A DNA stretch of 64,000 bases, taken from contig CAWGVS010000005.1 in assembly GCA_963826115.1 (NCBI GenBank), forward strand, positions 1,088,001 through 1,152,000. Reading direction: 5' to 3'. Positions 17,283-26,871 of the stretch are shown here, in pieces. The first letter of the stretch is position 1. Every line of letters begins with the position of its first letter. This DNA comes from an uncultured Candidatus Rokubacteria bacterium (GTDB lineage Bacteria; Methylomirabilota; Methylomirabilia; Rokubacteriales; DASRDR01). Under the pieces are notes generated by a model. It was not told the DNA's origin. It searched no databases and saw only the letters and a list, made by a program, of their open reading frames with translations. A program made the translations under genes and the position numbers.

Positions 17283-18887
17283 GTGGCCTCGCAGCCTGAC
17301 GCGTACGCCGGTCAGGGCATGACCCCGACGCAGCGCTGGGGCGTCACCGCCGCCGTCATGCTGGTGGCGACCATGCAGATCCTCGACACCAGCGTGACGA
17401 ACGTCGCGCTGCCCCACATGCAGGGCAGCCTGTCGGCGTCCCTGGACGAGATCACCTGGGTCCTCACGTCCTTCATCGCGGCCAACGCCGTCATCCTCCC
17501 GGTCACGGGCTGGCTCGTCGCCCAGCTGGGCCGCCGGCGCTTCTTCCTGATCGCGACCGCCACCTTCATGGTCAGCTCGCTCCTCTCGGGCGCGGCCCCG
17601 AGCCTCGAGCTCCTGGTCGGCGCCCGGCTCCTCCAGGGCCTCGGGGGCGGCCCGCTGATCCCGCTCGCGCAGGCCATCCTGCTCGAGATCTTCCCGCCGC
17701 GTCAGCGCGGGACGGCGATGGCGATCTGGGGTCTCGGGATCATGGTCGCGCCCATCGCGGGGCCCACCGTCGGCGGCTGGATCACGGAGAACTACTCCTG
17801 GCGCTGGATCTTCTACATCAACCTCCCCTTCGGCGCGCTCGCCCTCGCGCTCGGCAGCATCTTCCTCGCGGACCTGCCCGCCGCGTCGCGGGACGACGCC
17901 GCGCGGGTCCGGTTCGACGGCGTCGGCCTCGCGCTCCTCGTGGCGGGGATCGGATCGCTCCAGGTCGCGCTCGACCAGGGCGAGCGGCTCGACTGGTTCG
18001 ACTCGTCCTTCATCACGACCCTCGTCGTCGTGGCCGTGGTCGCCCTCGCCGCGTTCACGCTGTGGGAGCTCCGCGCGGCCTCCCACCCGCTCGTCGACCT
18101 CCGGGTCCTCGCCAACACCACGTTCGCCGTGGGCACCCTCCTGATCACCCTCGTGGGCTTCGGCCTCTTCTCGAGCTTCCTCCTCCTGACCTTCTACACG
18201 GAGCACCTCCTCCGCTACGACGCCCTCACTGCCGGCTGGGTGCTGGCGCCCGGCGGCGTCGGCTCGCTGATCTCGCTGAGCATCGGGGGACGCCTGGTCG
18301 ACCGCCTCGACCCGCGCTGGCTCGTCTCGACGGGCACGGCGATCATCGCCTACTCCCTCTACCTCATGGGCACGCTGAGCCTCGGCGCGGACTTCTGGGC
18401 GGTCCTCTGGCCCCGCTTCGTCCAGGGGTTCGGCATGGGGCTCGTGTTCGTCCCGCTGACCACGATGTCCCTGACCGCGGTGTCGGCCGCGGAGCTGCCC
18501 ACGGCCAGCGGGCTCTTCAACGTGGTCCGGAACGTCGGGGGAAGCGTGGGAATCGCGGTGACGACGACCTGGCTCGCGCGCCAGACCCAGGTGCACATGA
18601 AGACCCTGATGGGGCACGTGACGCCCTGGAGCGCGGCGACCGCGGAGCGCCTCGGCCGGCTGCAGGACATCTACCTCGCCGGAGGCGCCGACGCCGAGAC
18701 CGCCCAGCGCCAGGCCCTCCGGCACCTCTACGACGAGGTGCAGCGCCAGGCCTCGATGAACGCGTTCGCCGACGACTTCCTGTTTCTCGCGGCGGTCTTC
18801 ACCCTGATGGTCCCGCTCGTCTGGGTGATGCGCCGGCCGGCCGACGTGCCGCGGCCGCAGCAACCCGTCGAGGTCGAGGCGGTCTGA
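17283..18887 (+). CDS. emrB: DHA2 family MFS efflux permease (EmrB)
   Basis: ILDTSVTNVALPHMQGSL, WRWIFYINLP, ~14 TM segments. Confidence 0.92.
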   Translation: MASQPDAYAGQGMTPTQRWGVTAAVMLVATMQILDTSVTNVALPHMQGSLSASLDEITWVLTSFIAANAVILPVTGWLVAQLGRRRFFLIATATFMVSSLLSGAAPSLELLVGARLLQGLGGGPLIPLAQAILLEIFPPRQRGTAMAIWGLGIMVAPIAGPTVGGWITENYSWRWIFYINLPFGALALALGSIFLADLPAASRDDAARVRFDGVGLALLVAGIGSLQVALDQGERLDWFDSSFITTLVVVAVVALAAFTLWELRAASHPLVDLRVLANTTFAVGTLLITLVGFGLFSSFLLLTFYTEHLLRYDALTAGWVLAPGGVGSLISLSIGGRLVDRLDPRWLVSTGTAIIAYSLYLMGTLSLGADFWAVLWPRFVQGFGMGLVFVPLTTMSLTAVSAAELPTASGLFNVVRNVGGSVGIAVTTTWLARQTQVHMKTLMGHVTPWSAATAERLGRLQDIYLAGGADAETAQRQALRHLYDEVQRQASMNAFADDFLFLAAVFTLMVPLVWVMRRPADVPRPQQPVEVEAV

Positions 18888-18909
18888 GCGCCGGCGCCCG
18901 CGACCTCCG

Positions 18910-19170
18910 TCAGGCGGGGCCGCGCCGGGTCACGATCGTCCACGACCCGTCGGCCGACGTCAGGACCTCGAGCACGGCGTGTCCCGCGCCGGCGAGGCTC
19001 CGCGGCACGTCGCGCGCCGACGTCTCGTTGTCGACGATCACGCGCAGGAGCGCGCCCGCCGGCAGTCCCTCCAGCGCGAGCCGCGCCTTGAGGAACGTGT
19101 AGGGGCAGACCTCGCCGCGGAGATCCAGCGCCTCGACCGCGTCGCCGCCGGGAACCGTCGCCTCCGTCAC
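18910..19170 (-). CDS. TusA/SirA family sulfur carrier
   Basis: LDLRGEVCPYTFLKARLALE; GTG 19170 lies 7 nt after TACGAT. Confidence 0.88.
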   Translation of the reverse strand: MTEATVPGGDAVEALDLRGEVCPYTFLKARLALEGLPAGALLRVIVDNETSARDVPRSLAGAGHAVLEVLTSADGSWTIVTRRGPA

Positions 19171-19259
19171 GTCTGGAATCGTAACTCGCCACGAGCGCCC
19201 GGGCGGCGTAAGATAGGCCGTCGACGCCGATCCCGAGCTCCACACAAAGGAGACCCCGC

Positions 19260-20480
19260 GTGAGCACCCAGCATTGGCGACGTGGACTCGACCGCCCCAT
19301 CCTCATGATCCCCGGTCCGACCGAGGTCCCCTGGCGCGTCATCCGCGCCATGGCGCAGCCGGCGATGATCCAGTACGAGCCGCCGTTCGACGACGAGATC
19401 CTCGAGCCCGCGTGCCTGGACCTGCGGCAGATCTTCCAGACCTCGGGCGAGGTCCTCGCGATGCCCGGGTCGGGACGGACCGGGCTCGAGGCGGCGACCA
19501 TCTCGCTCGTCGAGCCGGGTGACCGCGTCGTCGTGGTCGTCGCCGGCGTCTTCGGGAGCCTGATGAAGGAGGTCATGGAGCGCGCGGGCGCGGCCGTGAC
19601 CGCCTTCGACGTGGAGCTCGGCCGGCCGATCGACATGGAAGGCCTGGAGCGGACCGTCGCGAAGGTGCGGCCGAAGATGGTGACGCTCGTCCACAACGAG
19701 ACGTCGACCGGTGTGACCTACCCGGCGGGCGCGGTCGGCGAGATCACGCGCCGTCACGGCGCGCTCTTCCTGCTCGACACGGTCTCCTCGCTGGCGGGCC
19801 TCGACGTCCAGACGGACGCGTGGCACGTCGACGTCAACATGACGGGCTCCCAGAAGTGTCTCGCCATGCCGCTCGGCCTCGCGATCGTCTCGGTGTCGCC
19901 GCGCGCGTTCGAGGCGATGGAGCGGCGGAGCCGCCCCTCGGCGAGCTACGCGAACGACCTGGTCCGCTGGAAGCGCCAGTGGGTGCCGGCCTCCCGGGGC
20001 GGCGGCGTTCCGGAGGGTGGCCGCCGCAACCAGCCCGTCTCCATGCCGACCCACCTCGCCCAGGCCATGCGCGAGGCGGTCAGCCTCATCCTCGAGGAGG
20101 GCATGCCCAACCGCATCCGGCGCCACCGGATCGCGGGCAAGGCGTTCCGCGCCGGGCTTGCGGCGCTCAAGGTCGACCTCTTCGGCGATCCGTCGATCGC
20201 CTCGGACAGCGTGTCGGCCTTCCGCGTCCCCGGGGGGCTCCAGGCGACGGCGGTCGTGCGGCGAATGCGGGATGCCTACGGCATCCTCATCTCGACCGGC
20301 ATCGAGAAGATGCGCGAGACGATGCTCCGAGTCGGAACCATGGGCATGACGGCGAGCCCGCTGTACGTGCTCCCCACGCTCTCCGCTCTCGGCATGGCGT
20401 TCCGGGACCTCGGGTACCGGGCCGAGACGGGTGAGGCGCTGGGCGCCGCGCAGGCCGTCTTCGACGCGGAGACGCCCTGA
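19260..20480 (+). CDS. Class V PLP aminotransferase (alanine-glyoxylate/serine-pyruvate type)
   Basis: LMIPGPT, VHNETSTG, DTVSS, GSQKCL; SD AAGGAG. Confidence 0.92.
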   Translation: MSTQHWRRGLDRPILMIPGPTEVPWRVIRAMAQPAMIQYEPPFDDEILEPACLDLRQIFQTSGEVLAMPGSGRTGLEAATISLVEPGDRVVVVVAGVFGSLMKEVMERAGAAVTAFDVELGRPIDMEGLERTVAKVRPKMVTLVHNETSTGVTYPAGAVGEITRRHGALFLLDTVSSLAGLDVQTDAWHVDVNMTGSQKCLAMPLGLAIVSVSPRAFEAMERRSRPSASYANDLVRWKRQWVPASRGGGVPEGGRRNQPVSMPTHLAQAMREAVSLILEEGMPNRIRRHRIAGKAFRAGLAALKVDLFGDPSIASDSVSAFRVPGGLQATAVVRRMRDAYGILISTGIEKMRETMLRVGTMGMTASPLYVLPTLSALGMAFRDLGYRAETGEALGAAQAVFDAETP

Positions 20481-20557
20481 TCGGCTAGCTGGAGGGGGGC
20501 GCCCCCGGGAGTCGGATCGACCCCGGCCGCGCGGCCGGGGAGCCGGTCGGCCGGCGC

Positions 20558-21391
20558 CTATTGGCTGCGGGGAAGCTGCCCGGCCTGGAGGTTCACCAGG
20601 CGAGCGGCGAGGAACGTCGCGCGAGCCGCGCCGGGGCTGACGCTCGACGCGTAGACGGACCGAATCGCGTCGAGATCGAGGGCTGTCAACGTCGACGCGC
20701 CCGAGCCCGGTGGCGCTCCGGGACCCCCGGTCATCAGCGAGCCCTCGGGCCCGCCGATCAGGCGCGCGTCGATGTGGCAGAGCCCCAGCACCGCGTGGCC
20801 CGCCACGTCGTGAGCGTAGGCCGAGACGTTGCGGCCCCGGCCCTCGACCACCCGCACGCCCATCAGGAGTCCGCGGCCCGCGAACCGGTACTGGACGCAC
20901 CCCGCGTCCGACGAGCATCCCGCGGCCCGCGGCGACGTGACCTCCGTGACCGTCACCTCGTTCACGCCCGGCTGCGGGTCGATCTCCGGCGTGACCTCGA
21001 GGACGACGGTCATCGCGCCGCCGGTCACGCCCTCGAGCTGACCGAGCGTGGCCGCGAGCGCGCCCTGCATCTGGCCGGGCACGGTGGTCGACGCGCGCAC
21101 CCTCACCTGCGCCCCGCGGGGAAATCCGCTCCAGAACCCCTGGAGAGGGCACTCGGTGGCGCCGTCGCGCGGGATGAGCGGGCCCGCCCCGAGGAAGAGG
21201 GCGTCCACCACGTCGGGCGTGCGGGTCGCCTCGGCCTCCGCGCGGCGGTTCTCGGCGAGGCGGGCCGCCTCGGTGGGCGACTGCCCCTGCCCGCAGCCCG
21301 CCAGCAGCCACACGGCGGCAGCGCCGACCCCGATCTGGCGCACCCACGCGCGGGCGCGGAGCACGCCAACACCCTCCCCATTCGGCCACAT
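20558..21391 (-). CDS. Hypothetical lipoprotein with degenerate metzincin-like His motif
   Basis: Lipobox LLAGC; AHDVAGHAVLGLCH followed by SLM; ATG 21391 lies 7 nt after TATGAT. Confidence 0.65.
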   Translation of the reverse strand: MWPNGEGVGVLRARAWVRQIGVGAAAVWLLAGCGQGQSPTEAARLAENRRAEAEATRTPDVVDALFLGAGPLIPRDGATECPLQGFWSGFPRGAQVRVRASTTVPGQMQGALAATLGQLEGVTGGAMTVVLEVTPEIDPQPGVNEVTVTEVTSPRAAGCSSDAGCVQYRFAGRGLLMGVRVVEGRGRNVSAYAHDVAGHAVLGLCHIDARLIGGPEGSLMTGGPGAPPGSGASTLTALDLDAIRSVYASSVSPGAARATFLAARLVNLQAGQLPRSQ

Positions 21392-21597
21392 GTGTCCGAT
21401 CATACCTCAAACCGAGGCGCCACTGGAGCGCGGAACCGGCGCCCCGCTCGGCCCGGACGGGATAGGATGCCAGGACGGGCCCGGGAGGTCGGCCGGGCCG
21501 CGGGACATCGTCGCGGCGGTGCATGCAGAGCCGCAACCCGCCCCTGGAGCGGATGAGATTGGACGACCCGCTGCACCGGAAAGCCAGCCGCTTTGCG

Positions 21598-22595
21598 ATG
21601 GTGGGCTCGGGACGAGCCTGGCTCGCGTCCTTCGCTGCCTTCGTCCTGGCCTCCTTACCCACAGCGCCGCCGACCTCCGCCCAGCCCGGAAAGGTCTACA
21701 CGGTCGGCCTCGTGACCTCGGGAACTCGGGATCAAGCCGCGCCGTTTCTGAGCGCGCTCGAGGGCGCTCTGGAGAAGCTGGGCTACGTGGAAGGGCAGAA
21801 CCTCGCCTCGAGTATCGGTTCACGGGCGGGAACAGCGAGCGGCTCGCCGAGCTGATGGCCGAGCTCGTCCGCCTGAACGTGGACGCCATCGTCGCCGGCA
21901 GCAACCAGACGGTGGCCGTCGCGAGACGGGCGACCGGCTCCATCCCCATCGTGATGGCCCTCGCGGCCGATCCCGTGGGCGCCGGCTTCGTGGCGAGCCT
22001 CGCACGGCCCGGAGGGAACGTGACGGGGCTCTCCGTCGACGTCAGCCCCGACATCGCGGGCAAGCGCCTGGCCCTGCTGAAGGAGATCGTGCCCACCGTA
22101 TCCCGCGTCGCGGTTCTGTGGGAACCCGCCTCGCCCGAATCGTCCGCGTACTGGCAGGCCGCGCAGCGGGCGGCCGTCCCTCTCCAGCTCGGTCTCGCCT
22201 CGTTCGAGATCAGGCGGCCGGGCGACGTCGACGCCGCGCTGGAAAGTGTCGGCCGCGACGGTGCGAACGGTCTCTCGGTTTTCTTGTCATCCCTGACGTT
22301 GCGGCACGTGTCCAGCGTGACGGCCTTCGCGCTCCGCCGTCGGATCCCGGCCATCTACGGCAACCGGGCCTTCGCCGAGGGCGGCGGTTTGATCTCCTAC
22401 GGCCCCGACCTGACGGACTCTTATCGCCGCACCGCGACCTACCTCGACAAGATCTTCCGTGGAAGCACGCCGGCCCAGTTGCCTGTGGAGCAGCCCACGC
22501 GCTTTGAGCTCGTGCTCAACCTCAGGACGGCCAGGGCGCTGGGCCTGACGATTCCGCCCGCGGTGCGGGCCAGGGCCGACGTGGTCATCGAGTAG
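21598..22595 (+). CDS. ABC_sub_bind-type substrate-binding protein (apparent -1 indel near 21806)
   Basis: LGYVEGQNLA|LEYR, DPVGAGFVASLARPGGNVTG, LPVEQPTRFELVLNLRTARALGL; one C missing in GCC-CTC. Confidence 0.88.
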
Positions 22596-22657
22596 CGGCG
22601 CGTTCGGGGCGCCCGCCGGCACCGGGTTAAGATGTATTGGACAGGAGGAGGCGACAA

Positions 22658-23407
22658 GTGGCCGACAAGAAAGCGATTCTCTACCACCGCCCCGGCTGAA
22701 GCTCCTGCGCCAAGACGAGAGAGTTGCTCTCGTCATGGGATGTCCCCTTCGACTCGGTCGACATCCAGGCCGTGCCGGAGGCGCGCGCCGAGCTGGCCCG
22801 CCTCGGCGTGCCGGGGGTCCCTGCCGTCGTCACGGCCCGGGGCGTCGTCCACGGCTGGAACCCGAAGGCGGTCGCGGACCTGGTGGGCGTCCAGTACGAC
22901 GGCGGTGAGCGCCTGTCCCCCGCCGCGCTGGCCGCGCGGCTCGACCAAGTGCTCGGCGCGGCCGGCCGGGCGGTCCAGACGGTCGAGCCCGAGCACCTCT
23001 CGCTTCAGCATCCCGGCCGCGACCGCTCGCTCCACCAGCTCGCCTATCACCTGTTTCGGCTGAGTCTCGCCTTCCGCGACGCGATGGTCGAGCGCCGCCT
23101 GCTCAAGGCGTGGAACGACGAGCTGGCCCCCGCGGGGCTACCCGACGGGCCCGCGCTGGCAGGCTACGGCGCCGCCGTGCGAGGCGCGCTGCGCGCCTGG
23201 TTCGAGACGGAGGGCGCGATCGAGGGGACGGTCGAGACCTACTACGGTTCCCAGAGCGCCCACGAGCTGCTCGAGCGCACCACCTGGCACGCGCTCCAGC
23301 ACCTGCGCCAGATCCACGCGCTCCTCGATGACGCGGGCGCCTCGCCGGGCGAGCCCCTCGACCCCGCGCTCCTGGACAGACTGCCCCTGCCCAAAGCGAT
23401 CTGGTAG
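22658..23407 (+). CDS. Probable selenoprotein: UxxC glutaredoxin domain fused to a DinB-family domain
   Basis: SD AGGAGG, GTG 22658, ADKKAILYHRPG-TGA(22697)-SSCAKTRELL, in frame with ORF 22724; GVPAV; LAYH and WHALQH. Confidence 0.85.
22700..22740 (+). promoter_or_regulatory. Bacterial SECIS-like hairpin
   Basis: gacgagag-AGTTG-ctctcgtc (22714-22734); loop starts 22 nt after the TGA with GU in it. Confidence 0.7.
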
Positions 23408-23438
23408 GCGCCGCCGCGCGGCGCGCGACGCCGGCGGG

Positions 23439-26333
23439 CTAGTGCGGGAGCGCCTCCCAGAGGAGCTCCGCGGGATGCTTCGCCACCCGGCCCGTGGTGT
23501 GCTCCACCTGCTGGCGGCACGAGATGCCCGGCGCGCAGACGGCGACGTCCGCCGCCGCGGCACGCACAGCCGGCGCCAGGCGGCGCTCGGCGATCTTCAC
23601 GGACAGGTCGTAGTGCTCCGCCTCGAATCCGAACGAGCCCGCCATCCCGCAGCAGCCGGCGTCGACCTCGGTGACCTGGTAGCCCGCGGCCTTCAGGACG
23701 GCCACGGTCGGCGCCGTCCCGACCATCGCCTTCTGGTGGCAATGGCCGTGGAGGAGCGCCGGCCGGCCGTTGGCGGCGAACCGGGGCCGCTCGCCCTTCG
23801 CCCACTCCCGCTGGAGGAACTCCTCGAGCAGGAAGCTCTGCCGGGCGACCAGCCGGGCGTCCTCGGTGCGGACCAGCTCGGGATACTCGTCGCGGAGCGT
23901 GAGGAGACACGACGGCTCGAGGCCGACGATCGGCCGCCCCTGGCGCGCGGCGGGCGCGAGCCGGGCGACGTTGTCGGCCGCCACGCGGCGCGCCTCGTCG
24001 AGCATCCCCTTCGAGATCATCGGCCGCCCGCAGCATCCGCGGTCGGCGAGGCTCACGCGGTACCCGAGCGTCTCCAGGAGCCGGGTCGCGGCAATGGCGA
24101 CGTCCGGCGTCTGGTACGTGTTGAACGTGTCGTGGAAGAGCACGACCTCGCCCTTGGTTCCGGCCCCCTCGGGCCGCCGGCGGCCGAACCACCGCTCGAA
24201 CGAGCGCGACGCGAAGGCCGGGAGCGGGCGCCGCCGGTCGATGCCGGCCACCCGCTCGAGGAGCCAGCGGTGGGGCGCCGACCGCACGATCCAGTTCGAG
24301 ACCGGCGCGAGCGCCGATCCCACCCGCGCGAGCGCGTGAATCCGCCCGAACAGGCGGTTGCGGAGGGGCAGCCCGTTGGCCCGGTAGTAGTGGGCGAGGA
24401 ACTCGTACTTGATCTTCGCCATGTCGACGTTGGCCGGGCACTCGGCCTTGCACGCCTTGCACTCGAGGCACAGATCCAGCACCTCGTAGAGCCGGCGGCC
24501 AGTGAACTCCGAGCGCGGCACCTTGCCGGAGAGCACCGCGCGGAGCGCGTTGGCGCGCCCGCGCGTCGAGTGCTCCTCGTCGAGCGTCGCCATGTACGAG
24601 GGGCACATCGTGCCCTCGAGCTTCTTCCGGCAGACGCCGATCCCGTTGCACATCTCGATGGCGCCGGCGAATCCTCCGGCGCTCGAGAAGTCGAGGAGGG
24701 TGTCCGGCTGCCACGCCCGGTACTCCGGCCCGAAGCGGAGGTGCTCGGTCATCGGCGGCGCGTCGACGATGTTCCCCGGGTTCAGGATGCCCTTCGGGTC
24801 GAACGCGCGCTTCACCTGCCGGAAGGCGTCGTAGAGGCGGGGCCCGTAGAGCGTCTCGTTGAACGGGCTCCGCGCCCGGCCGTCCCCGTGCTCGCCCGAG
24901 AGCCCCCCGCCGAACTCCATGACGAGGGCCGTGATCTCCTCGGCGATCGCGCGCATCTTCCGGATCTCGCCCGCGTCCTTCAGGTTGATCAGCGGGCGGA
25001 TGTGGAGGCAGCCGACCGAGCAGTGGCCGTAGTAGCCCGCGCGCGCGCCGTGCCGGTCGAGCACCGCGCGGAACCGCTCGATGAACGGGCCGAGCTTCGC
25101 CGGCTCGACGGCCGTGTCCTCGACGAAGGCAATGGGCTTCCGGTCGCCCTTGGTGCCGAGGAGCAGCCCCAGGCCCGCCTTCCGGAGCTTCCAGATCGAC
25201 TGCTGCTCGGCCGGGTCGTAGGCGATGTGGGCCGCGTAGCCGATGCGCTTCCGCGCGCGGAGGTCCTCCAGCGCCTCGACCTTCGATCGCACCTCCGCCT
25301 CGGTCTCGCCGGAGTACTCGACGATCATGATGGCCGAGGGGTCGCCCTGGACGAAGCCCATGCGCGCGCGCTGCTCGATGTTCTCGCGCGCGAGGTCGAG
25401 GATCATCTTGTCGGTGACCTCGACCGCGTACGGACCGGTGGTCAGGAGGTCGACCGACGACTCGAGGGCCGCCTGCAGGTCGTCGTAGTGGATCACGTCG
25501 AGCGCCGTGAACTTCGGGCGACGGACGAGGCGCATCTTCATCTCGACCACCGCGACGAGCGTGCCCTCGGACCCCACCGCCAGCCGATGGAGCCCGAACG
25601 GCTGCGGCTTCACGAGCTCGTCCAGGTTGTAGCCGGACACGCGGCGCATCAGCGTCGGGTAGCGCGCGCGAATCTCGTCGGCGTGCTGAGCGACCAGCCG
25701 GCGCACCTCGCGGTAGATCTGCCCCTCGAGGCCGTCGGCGCGGCACTTCGCCTCGAGCTCGGCCGGCGACAGGTCCCGCAGCGTGATCTCGGACCCGTCG
25801 GCGAGGAGGCAGGTGAGCTCCAGCACGTGGTCGATGGTCTTCCCGTACGCGATGGAGTGGGAGCCTGCGGAGTTGTTCCCGGACATCCCGCCGATCGTCG
25901 CCCGGTTGGACGTCGAGGTGTCCGGCCCGAAGAGCAGGCCCATCGGCCGCACGTGGTGGTTCAGCTCGTCCTGGATCACGCCGGGCTGGACGCGGCACCA
26001 GAGCTCCTCGCGGTTCACCTCGAGGACCTGGTTCATGTACTTCGAGAAGTCCAGCACGACGGCATGATTGACGGTCTGGCCGATCAGGCTCGTGCCGCCG
26101 CCCCGTGGGAGCACCGGGACGTTGTAGCGGTTGGCCAGCTCCAGCACCGCCTGGACGTCGCCCTTCGAGCGGGGCAGCACCACGCCGATCGGCTCGACCT
26201 GGTACATCGAGGCGTCGGTGGAGTAGAGGAGGCGCGAGTAGTCGTCGAAGCGCACCTCGCCCTCGACGACGCGGCGGAGCTCCCGCTCCAGGTCGCTCCC
26301 GATCTTGCCGTTGACCGTTCCGGTTCCGCCCAC
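23439..26333 (-). CDS. FAD-binding/Fe-S oxidoreductase (GlcD-GlcF fusion, YdiJ-like 2-hydroxyacid dehydrogenase)
   Basis: YSTDASMY, RGGGTSLIGQ, SGEHGDG, CNGIGVC, CLECKACKAECP, CCG motifs. Confidence 0.92.
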   Translation of the reverse strand: MGGTGTVNGKIGSDLERELRRVVEGEVRFDDYSRLLYSTDASMYQVEPIGVVLPRSKGDVQAVLELANRYNVPVLPRGGGTSLIGQTVNHAVVLDFSKYMNQVLEVNREELWCRVQPGVIQDELNHHVRPMGLLFGPDTSTSNRATIGGMSGNNSAGSHSIAYGKTIDHVLELTCLLADGSEITLRDLSPAELEAKCRADGLEGQIYREVRRLVAQHADEIRARYPTLMRRVSGYNLDELVKPQPFGLHRLAVGSEGTLVAVVEMKMRLVRRPKFTALDVIHYDDLQAALESSVDLLTTGPYAVEVTDKMILDLARENIEQRARMGFVQGDPSAIMIVEYSGETEAEVRSKVEALEDLRARKRIGYAAHIAYDPAEQQSIWKLRKAGLGLLLGTKGDRKPIAFVEDTAVEPAKLGPFIERFRAVLDRHGARAGYYGHCSVGCLHIRPLINLKDAGEIRKMRAIAEEITALVMEFGGGLSGEHGDGRARSPFNETLYGPRLYDAFRQVKRAFDPKGILNPGNIVDAPPMTEHLRFGPEYRAWQPDTLLDFSSAGGFAGAIEMCNGIGVCRKKLEGTMCPSYMATLDEEHSTRGRANALRAVLSGKVPRSEFTGRRLYEVLDLCLECKACKAECPANVDMAKIKYEFLAHYYRANGLPLRNRLFGRIHALARVGSALAPVSNWIVRSAPHRWLLERVAGIDRRRPLPAFASRSFERWFGRRRPEGAGTKGEVVLFHDTFNTYQTPDVAIAATRLLETLGYRVSLADRGCCGRPMISKGMLDEARRVAADNVARLAPAARQGRPIVGLEPSCLLTLRDEYPELVRTEDARLVARQSFLLEEFLQREWAKGERPRFAANGRPALLHGHCHQKAMVGTAPTVAVLKAAGYQVTEVDAGCCGMAGSFGFEAEHYDLSVKIAERRLAPAVRAAAADVAVCAPGISCRQQVEHTTGRVAKHPAELLWEALPH

Positions 26334-26354
26334 GCCGCCCTCCGGGCCCGCCGC

Positions 26355-26819
26355 CTACTTCTTGGCCTTCTCGATCGCCTCGCGGAGCTCCGCCGCCTCC
26401 TTCTTGTCGAGCGGCTCGAGCCGCGTGAGCACCGCGCGGGCCTCGTCGAGCTTCCCCATCTTCACGTAGGCCTCGCCCAGGTACTCGAGGGCTTCCGCGT
26501 AGTCCGGCCGGAGCTTCAGCGCGCGGTCGTACGCCTTGATCGCCTCCGGGTACTTGCCCTGCTGGCGCAGCGAGTACCCGAGGCCGTTCCACGCCTCCGG
26601 GAAGGCCTCGCGCTGCTTGATCGCGGCTTCGTACGACTGGGACGCTTTCCGCCAGTCCTTCTTCTTCTGGGCGTCGAGTCCCTCCTGGAACAGCCGCTCG
26701 GCCGACGTCGGCACGCCCGGCGGCGGCGCCGCCGGCGTCGGACCGTCCGCCCACGCCGAGGCCGCGAGGCAAAGGAGCCCCGCGCCGATCACTCGTCCGA
26801 TCCACGCTCGTCGCATCAT
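26355..26819 (-). CDS. Secreted TPR protein
   Basis: Signal peptide; AWNGLGYSLR, ALEYLGEAY; SD GAGGAGG. Confidence 0.85.
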   Translation of the reverse strand: MMRRAWIGRVIGAGLLCLAASAWADGPTPAAPPPGVPTSAERLFQEGLDAQKKKDWRKASQSYEAAIKQREAFPEAWNGLGYSLRQQGKYPEAIKAYDRALKLRPDYAEALEYLGEAYVKMGKLDEARAVLTRLEPLDKKEAAELREAIEKAKK

Positions 26820-26871
26820 GCCGCCTCCTCGTTCCGTCCAGTCTTCCGCCGCCTGGCCGGCGTTCCGGCCG

